Below are positions 24,995 to 38,500 of a stretch of DNA of 64,000 bases, in pieces. Source of the stretch: Azolla caroliniana (taxonomy: Eukaryota > Plantae > Polypodiophyta). Position 1 is the first letter of the stretch. Each line of letters begins with the position of its first letter. Both the position numbers and the translations under genes were made by a program. Below the pieces are notes generated by a model, which was not told the origin of the DNA, did not search any database, and worked only from the letters and a program-made list of their open reading frames with translations. Where the stretch lies: positions 22,506,001 to 22,570,000 of the forward strand of contig JBHGNT010000007.1 of assembly GCA_043228905.1 (NCBI GenBank). Reading direction: 5' to 3'.

Positions 24995-26644
24995 CTAACG
25001 GCGTTGTAGCGTGACATGCAAACCATGCTTCATGTAGAGTGTGGGAGAGATTTTGGGCACGACCTTGGGGTGTCCGGGGGCAAGCAAGACGCGGTAGCGC
25101 AGGAGGATGGCCGAAGCCACGACCTTCATGAGCGTGTATGCCATTTCCTTGCCTAGGCATGTGCGGGGGCCCGCGTTGAACGCGACGTATTGGAATGGGG
25201 ACACATTCGCTAGGACCTTGTCATTGGTCGAGTGGAGGAGCCAACGCTCGGGCTTGAACTCGAGGCAGTCCTTACCCCAGATGCTCTCCATTCGGCCCAT
25301 CGAGTATATGCTATAGATGAAGCGCTGGCCCTTGAGCAGCCGGTTCCCGTCAGGGAGCACGTCGTCCTTCTCCACGTGCTTGAAGTCGGTCGGGACCGAC
25401 GGGTAGAGCCGGAGCGACTCGGACAATGCGGCTTGCAAGTACACCATGGAATTCAACTTCTCGCGTGTGTGGAGAATCTCATGCTCCGGGGGGAGCTCTT
25501 CATTGGCTTCCCCGGACACTAGGAGCACACGCCGGGCTTCTTCTAGAAGCTTCTCCTCCACACTTGGGTGGGTCGCGACGAGCCAGAAGAACCACGACAA
25601 TGCGAGCGCGGACGTGTCCCTCCCGGCCAGCAAGATGTTGACAATGACATCCTTGAGGAACTTGTCGTCCCGCGAATTATGGTCCTCCATGCGGAGGAAG
25701 CACGTGAGGAGGTCGGACGAGGTGTCGGGGTTAGACACGAAGACCTTACGCCTCTCGTCGACCACCTCCTGGACGTAGGTGTCGATCTCTCGTAGCGCGG
25801 CCGGGAGCTTGTGCTCCCACCCGATCCCGAGGAGCCGGAGTAGCTTCCAGCTCGAAGGTGGGGTCGAGAACCGGAAGGAGGTGCACTCCAATGCCGTCTC
25901 GAAGGCGATCGCGAAGGGCACCCTCGGGAGGCTTGGGCTAAGGCACCCCGTATCCACCCCGAATGCGATGAGCGAGATCGTGTCGAATGTGAAACGGAGC
26001 ATTAGGTCCTGGAAGTCCACGCTCGCGCCAGTGTCGGCCAGGTGCCCGAGGATCGGGAGGAGCTTGCGGGAGGCCGTCTCGAAGTTGGTGCGGTCGGCGA
26101 ATTCCCGGCACGCGCGTGAATTTATGTGGAGGCTCGTGGTCTTGCGTTGGAGCCGCCAGAGGTCGTGGTCCGCATTGAAGATGCCGTGGCCCAAGAGGTC
26201 TTCGAAGATGGCCCGGAAGTCCGGGCCCTTCGGGTAGTTATGGAAGTTGGAGCGGAGCACGTGCTCGATGTTTCGGGGGTCGGCCGTCACGAGAGTGTCT
26301 TGGCACCGGCTGCCTCCGACTAGCCAGAGCCAGGGGCCTTTGAATTGGAAGGTTCCGCCATTCGCGATAAGGACTGCGGTCATCCAATCGTAGTAGTTGC
26401 TCCCGAGGTTCCGAATGAGAGAGGGAAGCATCCCGATGAGGAACCAATTGCGAGGGTTTCGGACAGTGGCTATTGTCCGGTGGTGCTTCCATTGCCTCCG
26501 GCGCTCCATTAGAGCCCACATCCCACCGCCCATTATTAGCCACACCATGCTAAGCACCCAACCCCAATTTATCCACCCTTCATTGCTACTACTACTACTA
26601 CTATAAGTTCCCCAATATGCCTTATCAAACACTAACCCCATCAT
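24995..26644 (-). CDS. Cytochrome P450, CYP86 clan, intronless paralog of 875-2641
   Basis: Same motifs (NYPKGPDF, AGRDTS, ESLRLYPSVP, FKPERW, FNAGPRTCLG); first ATG is 26644, whereas the ORF-track start 26650 is TTG. Confidence 0.95.
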   Translation of the reverse strand: MMGLVFDKAYWGTYSSSSSSNEGWINWGWVLSMVWLIMGGGMWALMERRRQWKHHRTIATVRNPRNWFLIGMLPSLIRNLGSNYYDWMTAVLIANGGTFQFKGPWLWLVGGSRCQDTLVTADPRNIEHVLRSNFHNYPKGPDFRAIFEDLLGHGIFNADHDLWRLQRKTTSLHINSRACREFADRTNFETASRKLLPILGHLADTGASVDFQDLMLRFTFDTISLIAFGVDTGCLSPSLPRVPFAIAFETALECTSFRFSTPPSSWKLLRLLGIGWEHKLPAALREIDTYVQEVVDERRKVFVSNPDTSSDLLTCFLRMEDHNSRDDKFLKDVIVNILLAGRDTSALALSWFFWLVATHPSVEEKLLEEARRVLLVSGEANEELPPEHEILHTREKLNSMVYLQAALSESLRLYPSVPTDFKHVEKDDVLPDGNRLLKGQRFIYSIYSMGRMESIWGKDCLEFKPERWLLHSTNDKVLANVSPFQYVAFNAGPRTCLGKEMAYTLMKVVASAILLRYRVLLAPGHPKVVPKISPTLYMKHGLHVTLQRR

Positions 26645-28015
26645 TGTCAATGCTATCTAAATTTTTGCCTCTCCTTTCTATATTTCAATTGATTTTGATC
26701 GAGAAAGAGAAAGGCGCCCGCCTCCCCTCGAAACCCTACAATTCGGATCCCAGATCTATCAATCCGCCTGCCCGTGGCGGAATTGGCGATTCTCGTAAGA
26801 TCCCACTCCCCCCGAGAGGAATTGTGCCGATTCAATTCGATTTCGATTCAATGAGCCCCCCAAGAGTGTGGTGGAACCTGCTAGCGCAAGCACCACCGAT
26901 CCGATGCTAAAAACTAGAATTTGTATTGCGCAAGGGCGTGGCACGAAGGGAATCAGGCAGCTTGCTTCTAAACAAAAATAGGTCACTAGGGACAGACTAA
27001 GCTAAAGGAAGCAAAATGGAAGCAACAAACATGATGGATCAATGTTGATTACATATATGTATGTGTCATAAATAGATAGATAGATAGATAGATAGATTGC
27101 CTAGATTTTGATCTCCTAAGGTCTTCTTTGATCTCTGGATTTGTGAGGTAAGTTTTATAAAGAACCATAGCTAGTAGTATGTAGTTATGATGGTCCTTAA
27201 GGCAAAATCCTCTGCATTTGTTTTGAGGCTTATATTGAATGCATTGAAAACTGTGTCTCATCCACACATAGGTGTAGATTTGGTGAACAAAGTAAATGCC
27301 TCCATCTCTCCCTTCATGAGAGCAATTCAATGCAACTTTCAATAGTTTTGAATGCTTTTTGTTCACCTTTCTAGCTAGAACAATGACAAAAAACATACAA
27401 AGTAAATGCATTAGGTCCCTATTATTAACTCCTCCCAAAGACAATGTGTAAAGCTGTAGTTATTCGGAAGAGCCGAGTATTTTAATGTGAAGCTCCCTGG
27501 GGACTGAACAATTTTTACGACAACTTCTTAGGGAACAGACAGAGTCGTCCGCATTGCCTTAATAATACCTAGATCGCATCAATCAATATTGCTTTATTAT
27601 TCCTTGATTCAACACCACCCCCTCCTAACGAATTGGTCGATAAAAGCCATCTATCTATACATTTCGAGTGTGCACGATTCCGAACCGAACACGGGATAAA
27701 TCTTTGAGAGCGCATCAATGTATTTGTTGGTCTTGTTTCAATGCTTTGGTTGTGGAAAGTGACCTGTGAAGTTGTAGTTTTAGTTTGCGCGCATTATCTC
27801 GAAGTAAAAGTGTGATGGCTTGTTATGATCGAACTGCCAAATATCATTATTTGTTTCTTTATGATGAGTTCATTGTTTAGATAAAAAACTAGAGATTAAA
27901 TGTCGAATAAAAAATCCTCTATAGTTCATATAAGAGTATTTAAGCATTATTAGGAGTTGTATAGCTTTCTTCAACCCAAGGGTTGAAAACAATAAGGAAA
28001 TGTTAAAATTTGACA

Positions 28016-28180
28016 TGTTTATGTGCATTATGTAGTTTATGATGAATTTTTATATTGAACCAACGTAAAAAGATTATGTACTAGACTTATCTAACGTTGT
28101 TTATGTGCATTAGTTTATGATGGATTTTTATATTGAACCAACATAAAAAATATGTACTAGCATTATCTAACATTGTTTAA
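28016..28180. repeat. About 82-bp imperfect tandem duplication
   Basis: tgtttatgtgcatta..atattgaaccaac..tgtactag..ttatctaac occurs twice. Confidence 0.8.
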
Positions 28181-31100
28181 AAAACTCGATGGTGTGGTGC
28201 AAGGTTTGAAGGGTTGCCAATTTAAAAGAAAAATGCAAGACAATCATGTCTCTAATGCGTATAGTGATTTTATTTACCCTATGAAGGAGTTTATGAATGA
28301 AAAACAATGCGTTTTAATCATAAAAATTACACATACGTGTAAGGGTTTATTCAAACAGTTCTTGAATGGCAAGAATAGAGTGAGTTTTACTCGATGGCCA
28401 TCTTGGGGCCATATGGTGAAGAAGTAGATCATGATCAATTTTCCTCAATTTTCCTCGTGCTAAATTATTAAAGTGGCAGAGAATGTGTTCATTGTTTATT
28501 GATGGTAGATCTTTCTTTGCCTTTGATGTTCATGCAATAAAGTTTTGTTGAAAGAGGGCATTAAAATACACTTAACAATTTGGTCTATCTTTTTATGTTA
28601 CGGATCCCAATCTTAAGGAAGAGATGCTACAGTTTTTGTGTTGATGATGCCATTTGCAAGAATGAGATATCCTCTCCCTTTTTCCATATGAAAGGTTTTA
28701 TTGAGTTGAATACACTTTTTAAGAACCTATTTGTTTAAGCTTGTTAATATTATTGGTATCTCAATTGTAATTTTGCTTGCACATGTTATTTGATCCATCC
28801 AAGACACAACTTGCATATTGCTAGTTTGCAAAGTGAAAAGTTAAGGTTATTGTGATCTTAAACTTGATTCACTTTCCGTCACAAGATATAGTTCCTTCTC
28901 CTTCACAAGATTTAGAGAGAGAAAGAGACAAGAATCATTGAGACAAATGGGAAGGATTTGCCGGATGAGATTTGGTCTAGGTATCATATATTGCCGTAGA
29001 AAAGCTGCGTCAATCAGTTGAAGCCCGCCTTTAGGGCAGAGGCAAGGTGGATGTTAAGGGGAGAATTTTACTATTTTCATTGATCAAACTGAATGGGGCA
29101 ATCGAATATTGGAGTTGTATCTTTGTTGTTCATCAACTACCAAAAAGATGATTGGGTCGACTTTTTAAACTTTGACTGAGTTTTTTCACAATAATTATGT
29201 CCATTCTTCTAACATATAGACTCCCTTCTTTGGCAATACATGTTGTCGTCGTTGTTGGAAAATCCTTGAACATCTTGAAATCTTGAATAATGTCATCGTT
29301 GAGGATCATCTACATTGACTCCAACAGATTCACATTGCTCTCTCTCTCTCTCTCTCTCACCATGTACGTGATGCTCAAGCCACAAAGATGAAATTGACCA
29401 ACACAACGAAGAGGTTTAAGGGGACAACTACGCTATTTTCATTGACCAACACAATTCATTAACCAATGACTTGTTCTTGTCGATTTCACTTGATGGCAAA
29501 ATAACTCCAACAACACTCAAGGGACCAATAACATGTTGGTTTTGGAGTAACAATATTATCTTCTTGACATGTACACATAGCAAATACTCGACATGTAACA
29601 CTATTGCCTTCAATGCATTGAGCTTGGCACTGCTACTACAACATTAGCAAACATGATTGCAAGGTTGCACATGAGATGACGATCAATTTTTGAAGTTTAA
29701 TTATCTAACGGGAAGTTGTACATTAAGCCTTCGAAAATAACATGAAGTATATTGTTGACTAAGATGAGTTTCTAAATGTTGTGAAAGCATAATATAGAGA
29801 GAGATGCACATAAAATGTTGTATGTGGGGAGGTTCTAGAGAGAGTTATACATGGAAACAATATGATTGATCCTTTTAATAATATCATAACAACCAACAAA
29901 TGATGTGCAACATTTTGTTTTGGTAGCACTTGTGGTTAAACGAATATATAAAATTCAAGTAAATGTAAAATGTTCTATCAACTTGAAGCAAGCATTTGAA
30001 TATTCCATTTGCATTAAGTTTAAGATTCCTTTACATAAAGCACAAACTATGGTGAACGGGAGAGATTGATGTGTTGCATACTCAATCAAACAAGTAGTTA
30101 TCATTCGAAGATAAGTAGGAAATGTGTTCAATGCATCCATTTCATAGTGCATACATATATCCAAATTTGATGAGTGTTGCATCAAGAATCAAAATTGTGG
30201 ATGCATTTGTGCGATAATCATGATCAAAGAATGACAAAGAAAATTATCGTGTCATGAACTTAATTGACATTCACCATTCCTAATGCATCATGAATTAAAA
30301 TAACACTTTTTCTGATGTACTTACAGGATGTAAGTTACCAATAAGGTAGCCACTCCCAAATTATGGGTGGAAATGAGAGAGAGAATAGAACAAAATAGAT
30401 TTTTTATGGTTCACAAGGAGGCCAATTTGTATGCACTTGATGTCAATCTGATAAAGGGATAAAAATCACAAAGCATTGAAGTAGTGATAACATGTTACTT
30501 ATCCAATTTCAGCATGGATTGTCGTAACAAGAAAATGGTATACTTTCAAGGCATGAATCGTTACTCTCCTAAAATGGAGCCAATATTCAAAGCAAAATCA
30601 AACATGTCTATTTAGAACATGCATCAAAGTTATGGTGGAGAAGTAATCATAGATGTGCATGATTTGTGTGTTAAGGCTATCTTTTGGGGCCTACTTCAGA
30701 GAGGGACCAAATGTTTTGACTAACAACACCATGACTAGTTGGAGCTTTTGAAACAAATGATCTAAAAGGTGTCATTAGGTTTTCAAACCATTTGGACAAC
30801 TCATGGATCTAAATCTTCGGCTAAAAGTATTGGCACCAATCAACAAAAGACATGTTATAGAAAAGAGGCAAATTGAAAGTCTTGGCACCACCTATTAATA
30901 AAAGTTCCTTTTAAAGAAAAGGATATAGATGGCTTTCCTTTAATATGACTTACACAAAAATGAGATCTTTTCTATTATATGTATTAGAGTTTTTCATTTT
31001 AGGAACATAATCCACAAATGATTGAGTAACATGAAAGAATTGAGAGTTCAATAGCTTCAAAAATTATTGTCACAAAAATGCAGTTGTTAAAGACTACCAA

Positions 31101-31416
31101 ATGTTTATGTCATTAGGTAAACATTTAGGCGAGATACTAAAGCCTCTCTTCAAGTTGTGACTATTTTCAAACGCCTTCTAGCCTCAACTTTTCTCCATAG
31201 TAATCCTTCTTCTTCTCTTATTGTTCATTGGCGTTCTTTCCATATAATCTTGAGGTAGACTTGAGCCTCCACTAGCAATCGACAATGGGTTGGCTTGAGT
31301 CGGATAGAAACACATAAACCATGGCTCAATGGATTTAAATGGCTTGTTTTGGTTCAATCCAAGTTAAAAATTGTGTAAATTGTTCGGCCTGTCCTATTGG
31401 TCCAAGGGTTTGGTTT

Positions 31417-31865
31417 TGTAAAGAATCGGGTATGATTCTTGTGTAGCGGAAGAGATGTGTGTTATGTGTATGTGTGAGAGGAATTAGAGGAGAGATGAGA
31501 GAACAGAAGATAGGTAGAAAAAGGAATACTCAAGAAGGTGTATATTTCACAAGTAGAATAAGAATTACAAAATGCAGCATAATAAGGAGTCACAACCGAC
31601 TTAGTATGAAGTATGAGGAGGGTGCTTTATATAGAGTCTCCCTCTCTCTTCATTAACTTTACAACAACCACTCTCTCTCTTGGGGAATGTGAAGACTCAT
31701 AGTCATGGAGAATATGTAACTCATTAGTTATGTGTCATAGAATATGATTCTATGACACATAGTTAATGTGTAGAGAGTAATGGTGTGACTCTTGACCTTT
31801 GAGGAATCATAGATTCTCAAAAGGTGTGTTCACACGTTGTGCTATGTTGAGCTTGATTCTCAACA
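31417..31865 (-). mobile_element. Solo LTR related to the Copia LTRs at 41302 and 48953
   Basis: TG..CA termini, perfect 5-bp TSD GGTTT (31412-31416 and 31866-31870); shares tgtagcggaaga and the terminal gttgagcttgat..ctcaaca. Confidence 0.85.
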
Positions 31866-33015
31866 GGTTTGAACCTTTATCAGCTTGATGATTTACGATT
31901 GAATCGATTTTAAAGTGTGGCTTAAATGTCTTAGTTGTTTAATGTTAAGACATTTATGTGATATCGAATAAATATCCAATTATTACATTAAAAAAAGTTT
32001 TAGTTAAGAACATAAGAGTATAAGTTATTAATATTGTGGGATCGCGTGGTAAAACCACAGGGCAAAACCCCTCACCGGGCCCTCACCTAACCCAAGTAAC
32101 TATAACCAGGGTTAGGGGAGTTATACCATGGTTTAGTTAGTTATACCATAGTTTAGTAAAAGGTTCGTTAGAGGTAACTAGATGAGTAACTATAAGTGTG
32201 CCAAGATAACTGAATGTATCTTGGAATGTACTACCAAAATCTATAAAAGGATTTAGATGGAATGGAAGGAGGAAGAGTTTGAGACATTTTACACACTTTG
32301 GTGGAGAAGACAGGTAGCACTCAAGACACCAAATCAAGAAAGAGCTGAAACAAAACAAGATGCTACCCCAACACAGCAAGACGCAAGAACAACAAGTCGA
32401 AACCAACATACATCATATGGCATCCCCAATACAAAACAACGGTGCAACAGAATGCATCGACATGAATCCAGAATTTTTGCAACACCACCAAGAAAACCGT
32501 CAAACTGTCCAGATAGATCAACTAATACAAGCGGTATCTAACATCGCAATACAATCAAATTTGACTAATTAGGCCATGCTATCTTTTTTCTCTTCGCAAA
32601 TAGATAGGCACACTAATCGCCCAGATCCGCGAGTACGACCTAAATCCTTCTGTGGTCTACCGTCGGAGGACATCCTTTCTTGGCTCGATCATTTTGAAAT
32701 GGTGGCAAGCTATCATCAGTGACCCGAAGCACGGAAAGCACTAGAGATGTGAACTTTATTGGAGGACTTGCAGCAACATGGTTCATACAACAAACAGAGG
32801 AGGCCAAGAACCATTGGTTGATACTTAGATCCCTCATGATCGGGAATTTCGCTCACCATGACTCAACTCAGACGGCCCTAGAACAACTAGAGACAATCAA
32901 ACAACAACAACATGCTCAACTACAAGCACGAAGGACCCTTCCAACCCGTGATGCACAAGGAAGACCTAAGTGTTTTTTTTGCAATAACTATGGGCACGTG
33001 AAGAAACACTGTTGG

Positions 33016-33039
33016 TGATAGATAGATTATATTATCATC

Positions 33040-33088
<49 letters not shown>

Positions 33089-33337
33089 GTAAAGGTAATA
33101 TATTGCACTATAAGATGGATTACAATGAGTAAACAACAAGGGAGCTCTAGAATGGCATTGAAGCAAATTGGTTCATCCCTAATGCATATTTATAAGTCCT
33201 AATAGGGTATTCTAGAAAGTCCTAGAATAAAGAGTATGCTAAAAGATTCTAGAACATTCTAGAACATAGAGTACTCTAGAATATACTTTATAATATTCTA
33301 TATAGTTTATAAATTCTTTATATATATAAATATATCA
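33016..33337. mobile_element. LTR-like insert (TGATA...TATCA) with a (GA)n tract, interrupting gag
   Basis: AT-rich block with inverted 5-bp termini directly after the CCHC codons; no matching TSD. Confidence 0.45.
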
Positions 33338-34339
33338 TTACAATGGCTAAGAATTCCATACGTATATAACAAGGTTGTGGGTTCGAATCCGTGTAAACCC
33401 AAATCATATGTGAGTGTCATCATGACAGTCGGAAATGGAACAATCAAACACAAAAGCATTGAATGTGCAAGTATAGTTGGCTGACAACAGTTACCGGACC
33501 GACCTGTTGGAAAACTGAGTCGCAGGGTGTTGAAGGGAGTACAACCCCCACACATACAAGCATCCACATCCTCAAGTTCTCCCGTGTGCACAACCATGGC
33601 CACAATCCTCAATAGCCCACAAGAAGTTCTCTTCAATTCCGGTAGTAGCATATCTTCAATAGCCCCCCCCTCCCCATCAAAGTGTTGTTCGGCGATCACC
33701 AACACGCCTATATAAGTCCCAACACCACAACCATCTACACAATCAAGCTTGGCCCCACCACAATCACGCACACCTTTTACGTACTTCCACATCAATTGTT
33801 CCCACTCACACTCAGATGTGATTGGTTCATCCAGAGCAGGGCCCAACTAGATTTAGATTTCCGTATGTGTCACCTCACATTACCACAAGCAAGGCTAGTT
33901 CCCCTGTTCACAAGCAAATGCAACCAACAAATTAGCAATGCACAAGTAACATTAAGCAAGGAGGTTCGACTAAACGATGTCCAAAAGGTTTTAGCTCAAT
34001 ACCTTGTGCTAATCAACTCATCTGACAAGCCCACTACAGTCTCATTCCCAGTCCAACATGTCATCAACACAGGTAACGCAACACTTCTCCAGACAACAAC
34101 AAGACAACGTTCTCCTTTAGATCATGCATGCATTGACCAAGCAATAAATGAGATGCTTCAAAAGGGGATCATCTCACCCTCACATAGTGATTGGGTATCA
34201 GAGCTACACATGGTAAAAAAGGATGATGACACATACCGATTTTGAGTTGACTTTCGCAAGATCAATCAAGTCACCATCCATGATCTTTACCCTCTGCCGC
34301 GAATCGATGATCTCTTGGACCAATTGGGATGCTCGACGT

Positions 34340-35148
34340 TGTCGTGAAAATCCGCCAGTAAGTGCGGATCGTGAGGCGAAACCACCGGGGTTTTGGACCG
34401 AAAGGATTTAGGGCTAAATGATTTATGCACTTGAAATTTTAAGATGAGATATTTCCCTAGAATAAGAGTAAGATAGTATGAGAGATTGATTAATACTTAA
34501 TTATGCATAAACAAATCTTCGAGTAAGAGAGTATGGAAGATCTAATAATATTTAATTATGCGAATAACTAAGAAAAGCTTAGAGTAAGAGAGTATAAATG
34601 ACACTTAATTATCCTTACACATAAGCAAAGTTTAAAATAAGAGAGTATGAGAGAGGAAACATGGAAGGTTTTTTTTATTACTAGATCATCAATGTGATGG
34701 ACTTATTTTGTTACATGATTTTTTTTCTATATCCCCCTTTTTCTTAAGAATAGCTCTTATTTATAGGGTTTCTATGGCTTGCTTTTTTTCCCCCAAACTT
34801 ATCTATATGAGTCACATTTTATTTCTATCACTATTTTTGTTTTGTAAGCCCAAATTCTACATATAAGATATTTCTGGAAAGATGTTTGTGTTAGCTTTCT
34901 TATGAATCTTTTCTTGTCTAATTTGGACATTGGACGAGGAAATTATGAGCTTTTTTCTCTACCTTGCTCTTCAATTCCACGCCTTTGCATTTTTTTTTTT
35001 GTTTTTAAATTTTTTTTTAACTACTTGTATTTTTCTATCTTTTTATCAATTATTAGAAAAGTTCACTTCGCAATATTAGTTTATTTGAACTACGACTTTA
35101 TTCTCTTTTCATGGTGGTTTCACACTATGTGTTGAAAACATCGCGACA
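34340..35148 (+). mobile_element. Solo LTR (TGTCGTGAA...CGACA group) inserted in the host RT
   Basis: Removing it restores LGCSTYFTSIDL; 4-bp TSD ACGT/TCGT with one mismatch. Confidence 0.85.
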
Positions 35149-37890
35149 TCGTACTTCACCTCTATTGATCTTGCGGCCGGATATTGGCAGATTCCAATGG
35201 ACCCAAGAGATGCACATAAGATTGCTTTCAGAACACGAAGAGGCCTATTCTAATTTAACAGGATGCCATTTGGCTTGGCCGATGTAGGCAACACATTTCA
35301 GCGGATGGCAAATTCAATATTCGCAGACCTTATCTCTGACGGTACAATGCTTGTATACCTGGATGACATTCTAATTCATACTTCCACGTGGCCACAACAT
35401 ATTCAGGCATTACAAGCAATTCTACAACGAATACAACAACATAATCTGAAATTACAGTGGAAGAAATGTTGATGGGGTAGCACCCAACTAAAGTTTTTGG
35501 GCTACATAATTTCTGCCGAAGGCCTATAGATGGACCCAAAGAAGACCGAGGTTGTGACCAATTTTCCCCGACCAACCACAGTCAAGTCCTTGCAACGCTT
35601 CTTAGGCATGGCAACTTTTTCGCTCCGATTCATTCCCAACATGGCCACCATGACAGCACCCCTACGTCACCTATTACAAAAAGGCTGCAAGTTTGAGTGG
35701 ACAACAGAATGTGAGAACAATTTCATCCAATTGAAAGATACACTACACCAAGCAGGTCAGTTAGCTCATCAAGATTTCTCACGCCCCTTACTTTTGCAGA
35801 CAGACACATCAAATCATGGATTGGGAGTCGTACTACTACAAGTAGATACAACAGGCGTAGAGCACCCAATTGCCTATATAAGTCGATCCCTTACTCCTGT
35901 AGAAAAGAATTACTCCACAACAGAAAAGGAATGGTTAGCAATTGTATGGGCTTTCACAAAGTTCCATCCCTATTTGCATGACACCCACGTCAAGGTCGAA
36001 ACAGACCACCAGCCCCTAATTCATCTAATTAACAAGCCCCACCCACCAGGTCACCTATTAAGATGGGCAATGGCTTTGTAGGAACATCGGTTCACATTAA
36101 CTTATAAAAAAGGAGTCCAAAATTTGATTGTCGATAGTTTGTCAAGGGTAGAAACGCAATGTGTTCAATTCAATCCTACACTAGTGCAATTGCCCACAAT
36201 GATGGCCCACATAGCAGCCCTACAAACAATGTCTTATACTTTATACAAACAGGGAAAGAGCCACAAATCTACATACCACATAGCTTGCGGAATTTATATA
36301 TGCAATTTTTTCACAATCACCCGATGTCTGGCCACCTCGGATTCCACAAGGTGCTGGACAAGATTCTTCTCCAATATTATTGCCTGCAAATGCGTACAAT
36401 GATCGTAGCCTACATCAAACAATGCCACTCATGTCAACAGATTAAACCACCCCATTCCAACAACGGCTTACTCCAGCCTATTACCGTCTCTTAACCCTTT
36501 GAGTTAATAGGATGGGATATCGTCGGCCCTTTTCTTGAATCCCAAGCAGGAAACAAGTATATCTTAGTCATCTCCGAATACTTGACGTGATGGACCGAAA
36601 CCGCCACAATTCCGGATGCACGGGCCGTCACCATAGCAACAAGGCTGATGGAGCGGATTGTTTTCCCACATGGCTGCCCAACTCACATCCTATCAGATAA
36701 AGGACTGCAATTTAGCGTTATGATAAAGGCCGTCAGGCGATAGAGTACTCAGCAGGAGCAAAGGTCCTAGTCTATTTCCCGATCTGGCGATGGGGACTCA
36801 ATGAATCAATGATGTATCGATGGATTGGCCCTTTTACGGTCATCCGATCAATGAGGGCCAACACCTATTCCCTCTATCGAGATGCTAATGGACGGATGAC
36901 CTATGCGCACATGATACGAATGAAGCCATCTATCACAACTCAAGCATCACAAGAAGAAGCAACTCACCACGATGTCTCTTGTGAGGATGAATCAAAAAAC
37001 CCTTCGGTCACAACCAGCCAGCAGGACGAACCAAAGCCATCATCGAATACAAGCAACCGAGATGCCATCTGCAAGGGCAACATGTCAGATGTAGCCCCCA
37101 TAGCAACGGAGCATAGGCACCATCAAGGACAGTCGACATACTTAGGTTTTTTGAACGGGGGAGCTATGGGATCACGTGGTAAAATCACAGGGCAAAACCC
37201 CTCACCTAACCCAAGTAGCTATAACCAAGGTTAAGGGAGTTATACCATGGTTTAGTTAGTTATACCATAGTTTAGTAAAAGGTTAGTTAGAGGTAACTAG
37301 ATGAGTAACGATTAGAGTGTTAAGATAGCTGAATGTATATTGGAATGTACTACAAAACTCTATAAAAGGATTTAGATGGAATGGAAAAAGGAGGAAGAGT
37401 TTGAGGCATTTTACAATATGATAAGCTATAACATTTGAGTTTCAATATCTATATGTTAAGACCACCCTATGTGTCAACATTATCTAGGCAAACAATAAGT
37501 GGATTTATCTAGCTAATTCTTTCCAAGTTTTGTTCATGATTTTCAAATCTAATTACAACTGTGGAGGGTGAATCGTGATTATCATTTTCATGTTATATTT
37601 TTGTGTGCTCCAACGTTTTTAGTGTTATGTTACCATACTGATTGCATTTGCTATTTTTGACATCCTCATTCATTTTGGGTATGATTGCATCGATGATGCA
37701 CGATTCAATGAGCATCTGAAGCATATCACCACTTTAGGAGCATAATTGAGTATTTTGTTGTTTTGACCACAAGGTAGTATCAAAGAGATGAGATAGATAT
37801 ATGAATAGACTTTATTATCATAAATATGACCAATCTTTGAAATAAAATAAAATATACATAGAAAAGAGTTTTAGTATGGTACCATGAAAC

Positions 37891-37895
<5 letters not shown>

Positions 37896-37934
<39 letters not shown>
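37896..37934. repeat. (GA)n microsatellite
   Basis: Pure dinucleotide run. Confidence 0.9.
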
Positions 37935-37938
<4 letters not shown>

Positions 37939-37989
37939 AGAATTTTTATCGTCCATAAAGAGGCCAAATTTGACCTATGGGACTGGAGT

Positions 37990-38500
37990 ATACATTTGTT
38001 ACATTTTGATACCATGATGCAACTTCAATACCTAACTTGTGAGATCGAGTGTGAAGTAGTGTAAGGGTTCTATGAGCATTACTACTCATATTGGTAATGA
38101 GATAAGGTTGGATATGATCAATAGACATTCTTGCTTTATATTGAGACCAACATTCAGGGTTGACATTTGCAATGTAGTATTCTAGCTTTGTCCTCTTAGC
38201 ATCCTCCCACTTTATCCTTAATGATTCCACCAACCTTTCCTCAATCATTACATACTGCATAGCATTGCCTGAAAGCTCATCCACACCCCATCTTCTAAAC
38301 CATTTCCTTATGTCAACAACCCAACCAGATGACAGAATCTTACTTTTATGATTCTTTTGTAGCTTACATCCAACATTCCAAGCAAGATGTGGTAATCGAT
38401 GATTCGACATATTCTTGACTTTTGTAATGTATTTATATACTCTTTGGAGTGCCAATAGTTCTATGGGTAGAACACCCATTTCCAAGAGCATAACCTGGTA
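37990..38500 (-). mobile_element. 3' fragment of a non-L1-type LINE ORF
   Basis: LLEMGVLPIEL..YI.K and LHTRSHKLGIEVASW resemble the C-terminal R..SH.L.IE.GRW region of some non-LTR retrotransposons; abuts the L1 zf-RVT region. Confidence 0.55.

Larger units (their letters stand above)
32035..37415 (+). mobile_element. Degenerate full-length Ty3/Gypsy element
   Basis: LTRs 32035-32293 and 37165-37415; TSD ATAT; PBS-like TGGTGGAGA at 32299; purine tract before the 3' LTR; gag CCHC (CFFCNNYGHVKKHC), PR, RT (YLDD), RNase H and partial integrase, all with stops. Confidence 0.92.

Noticed and set aside
30300-31130. Possible decayed coding sequence
   Set aside because: No recognisable motif or sustained reading frame found by eye.
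33372-33392. GGTTCGAATCC B-box suggesting a tRNA gene
   Set aside because: No A-box or cloverleaf stems; it lies within Gypsy internal sequence.
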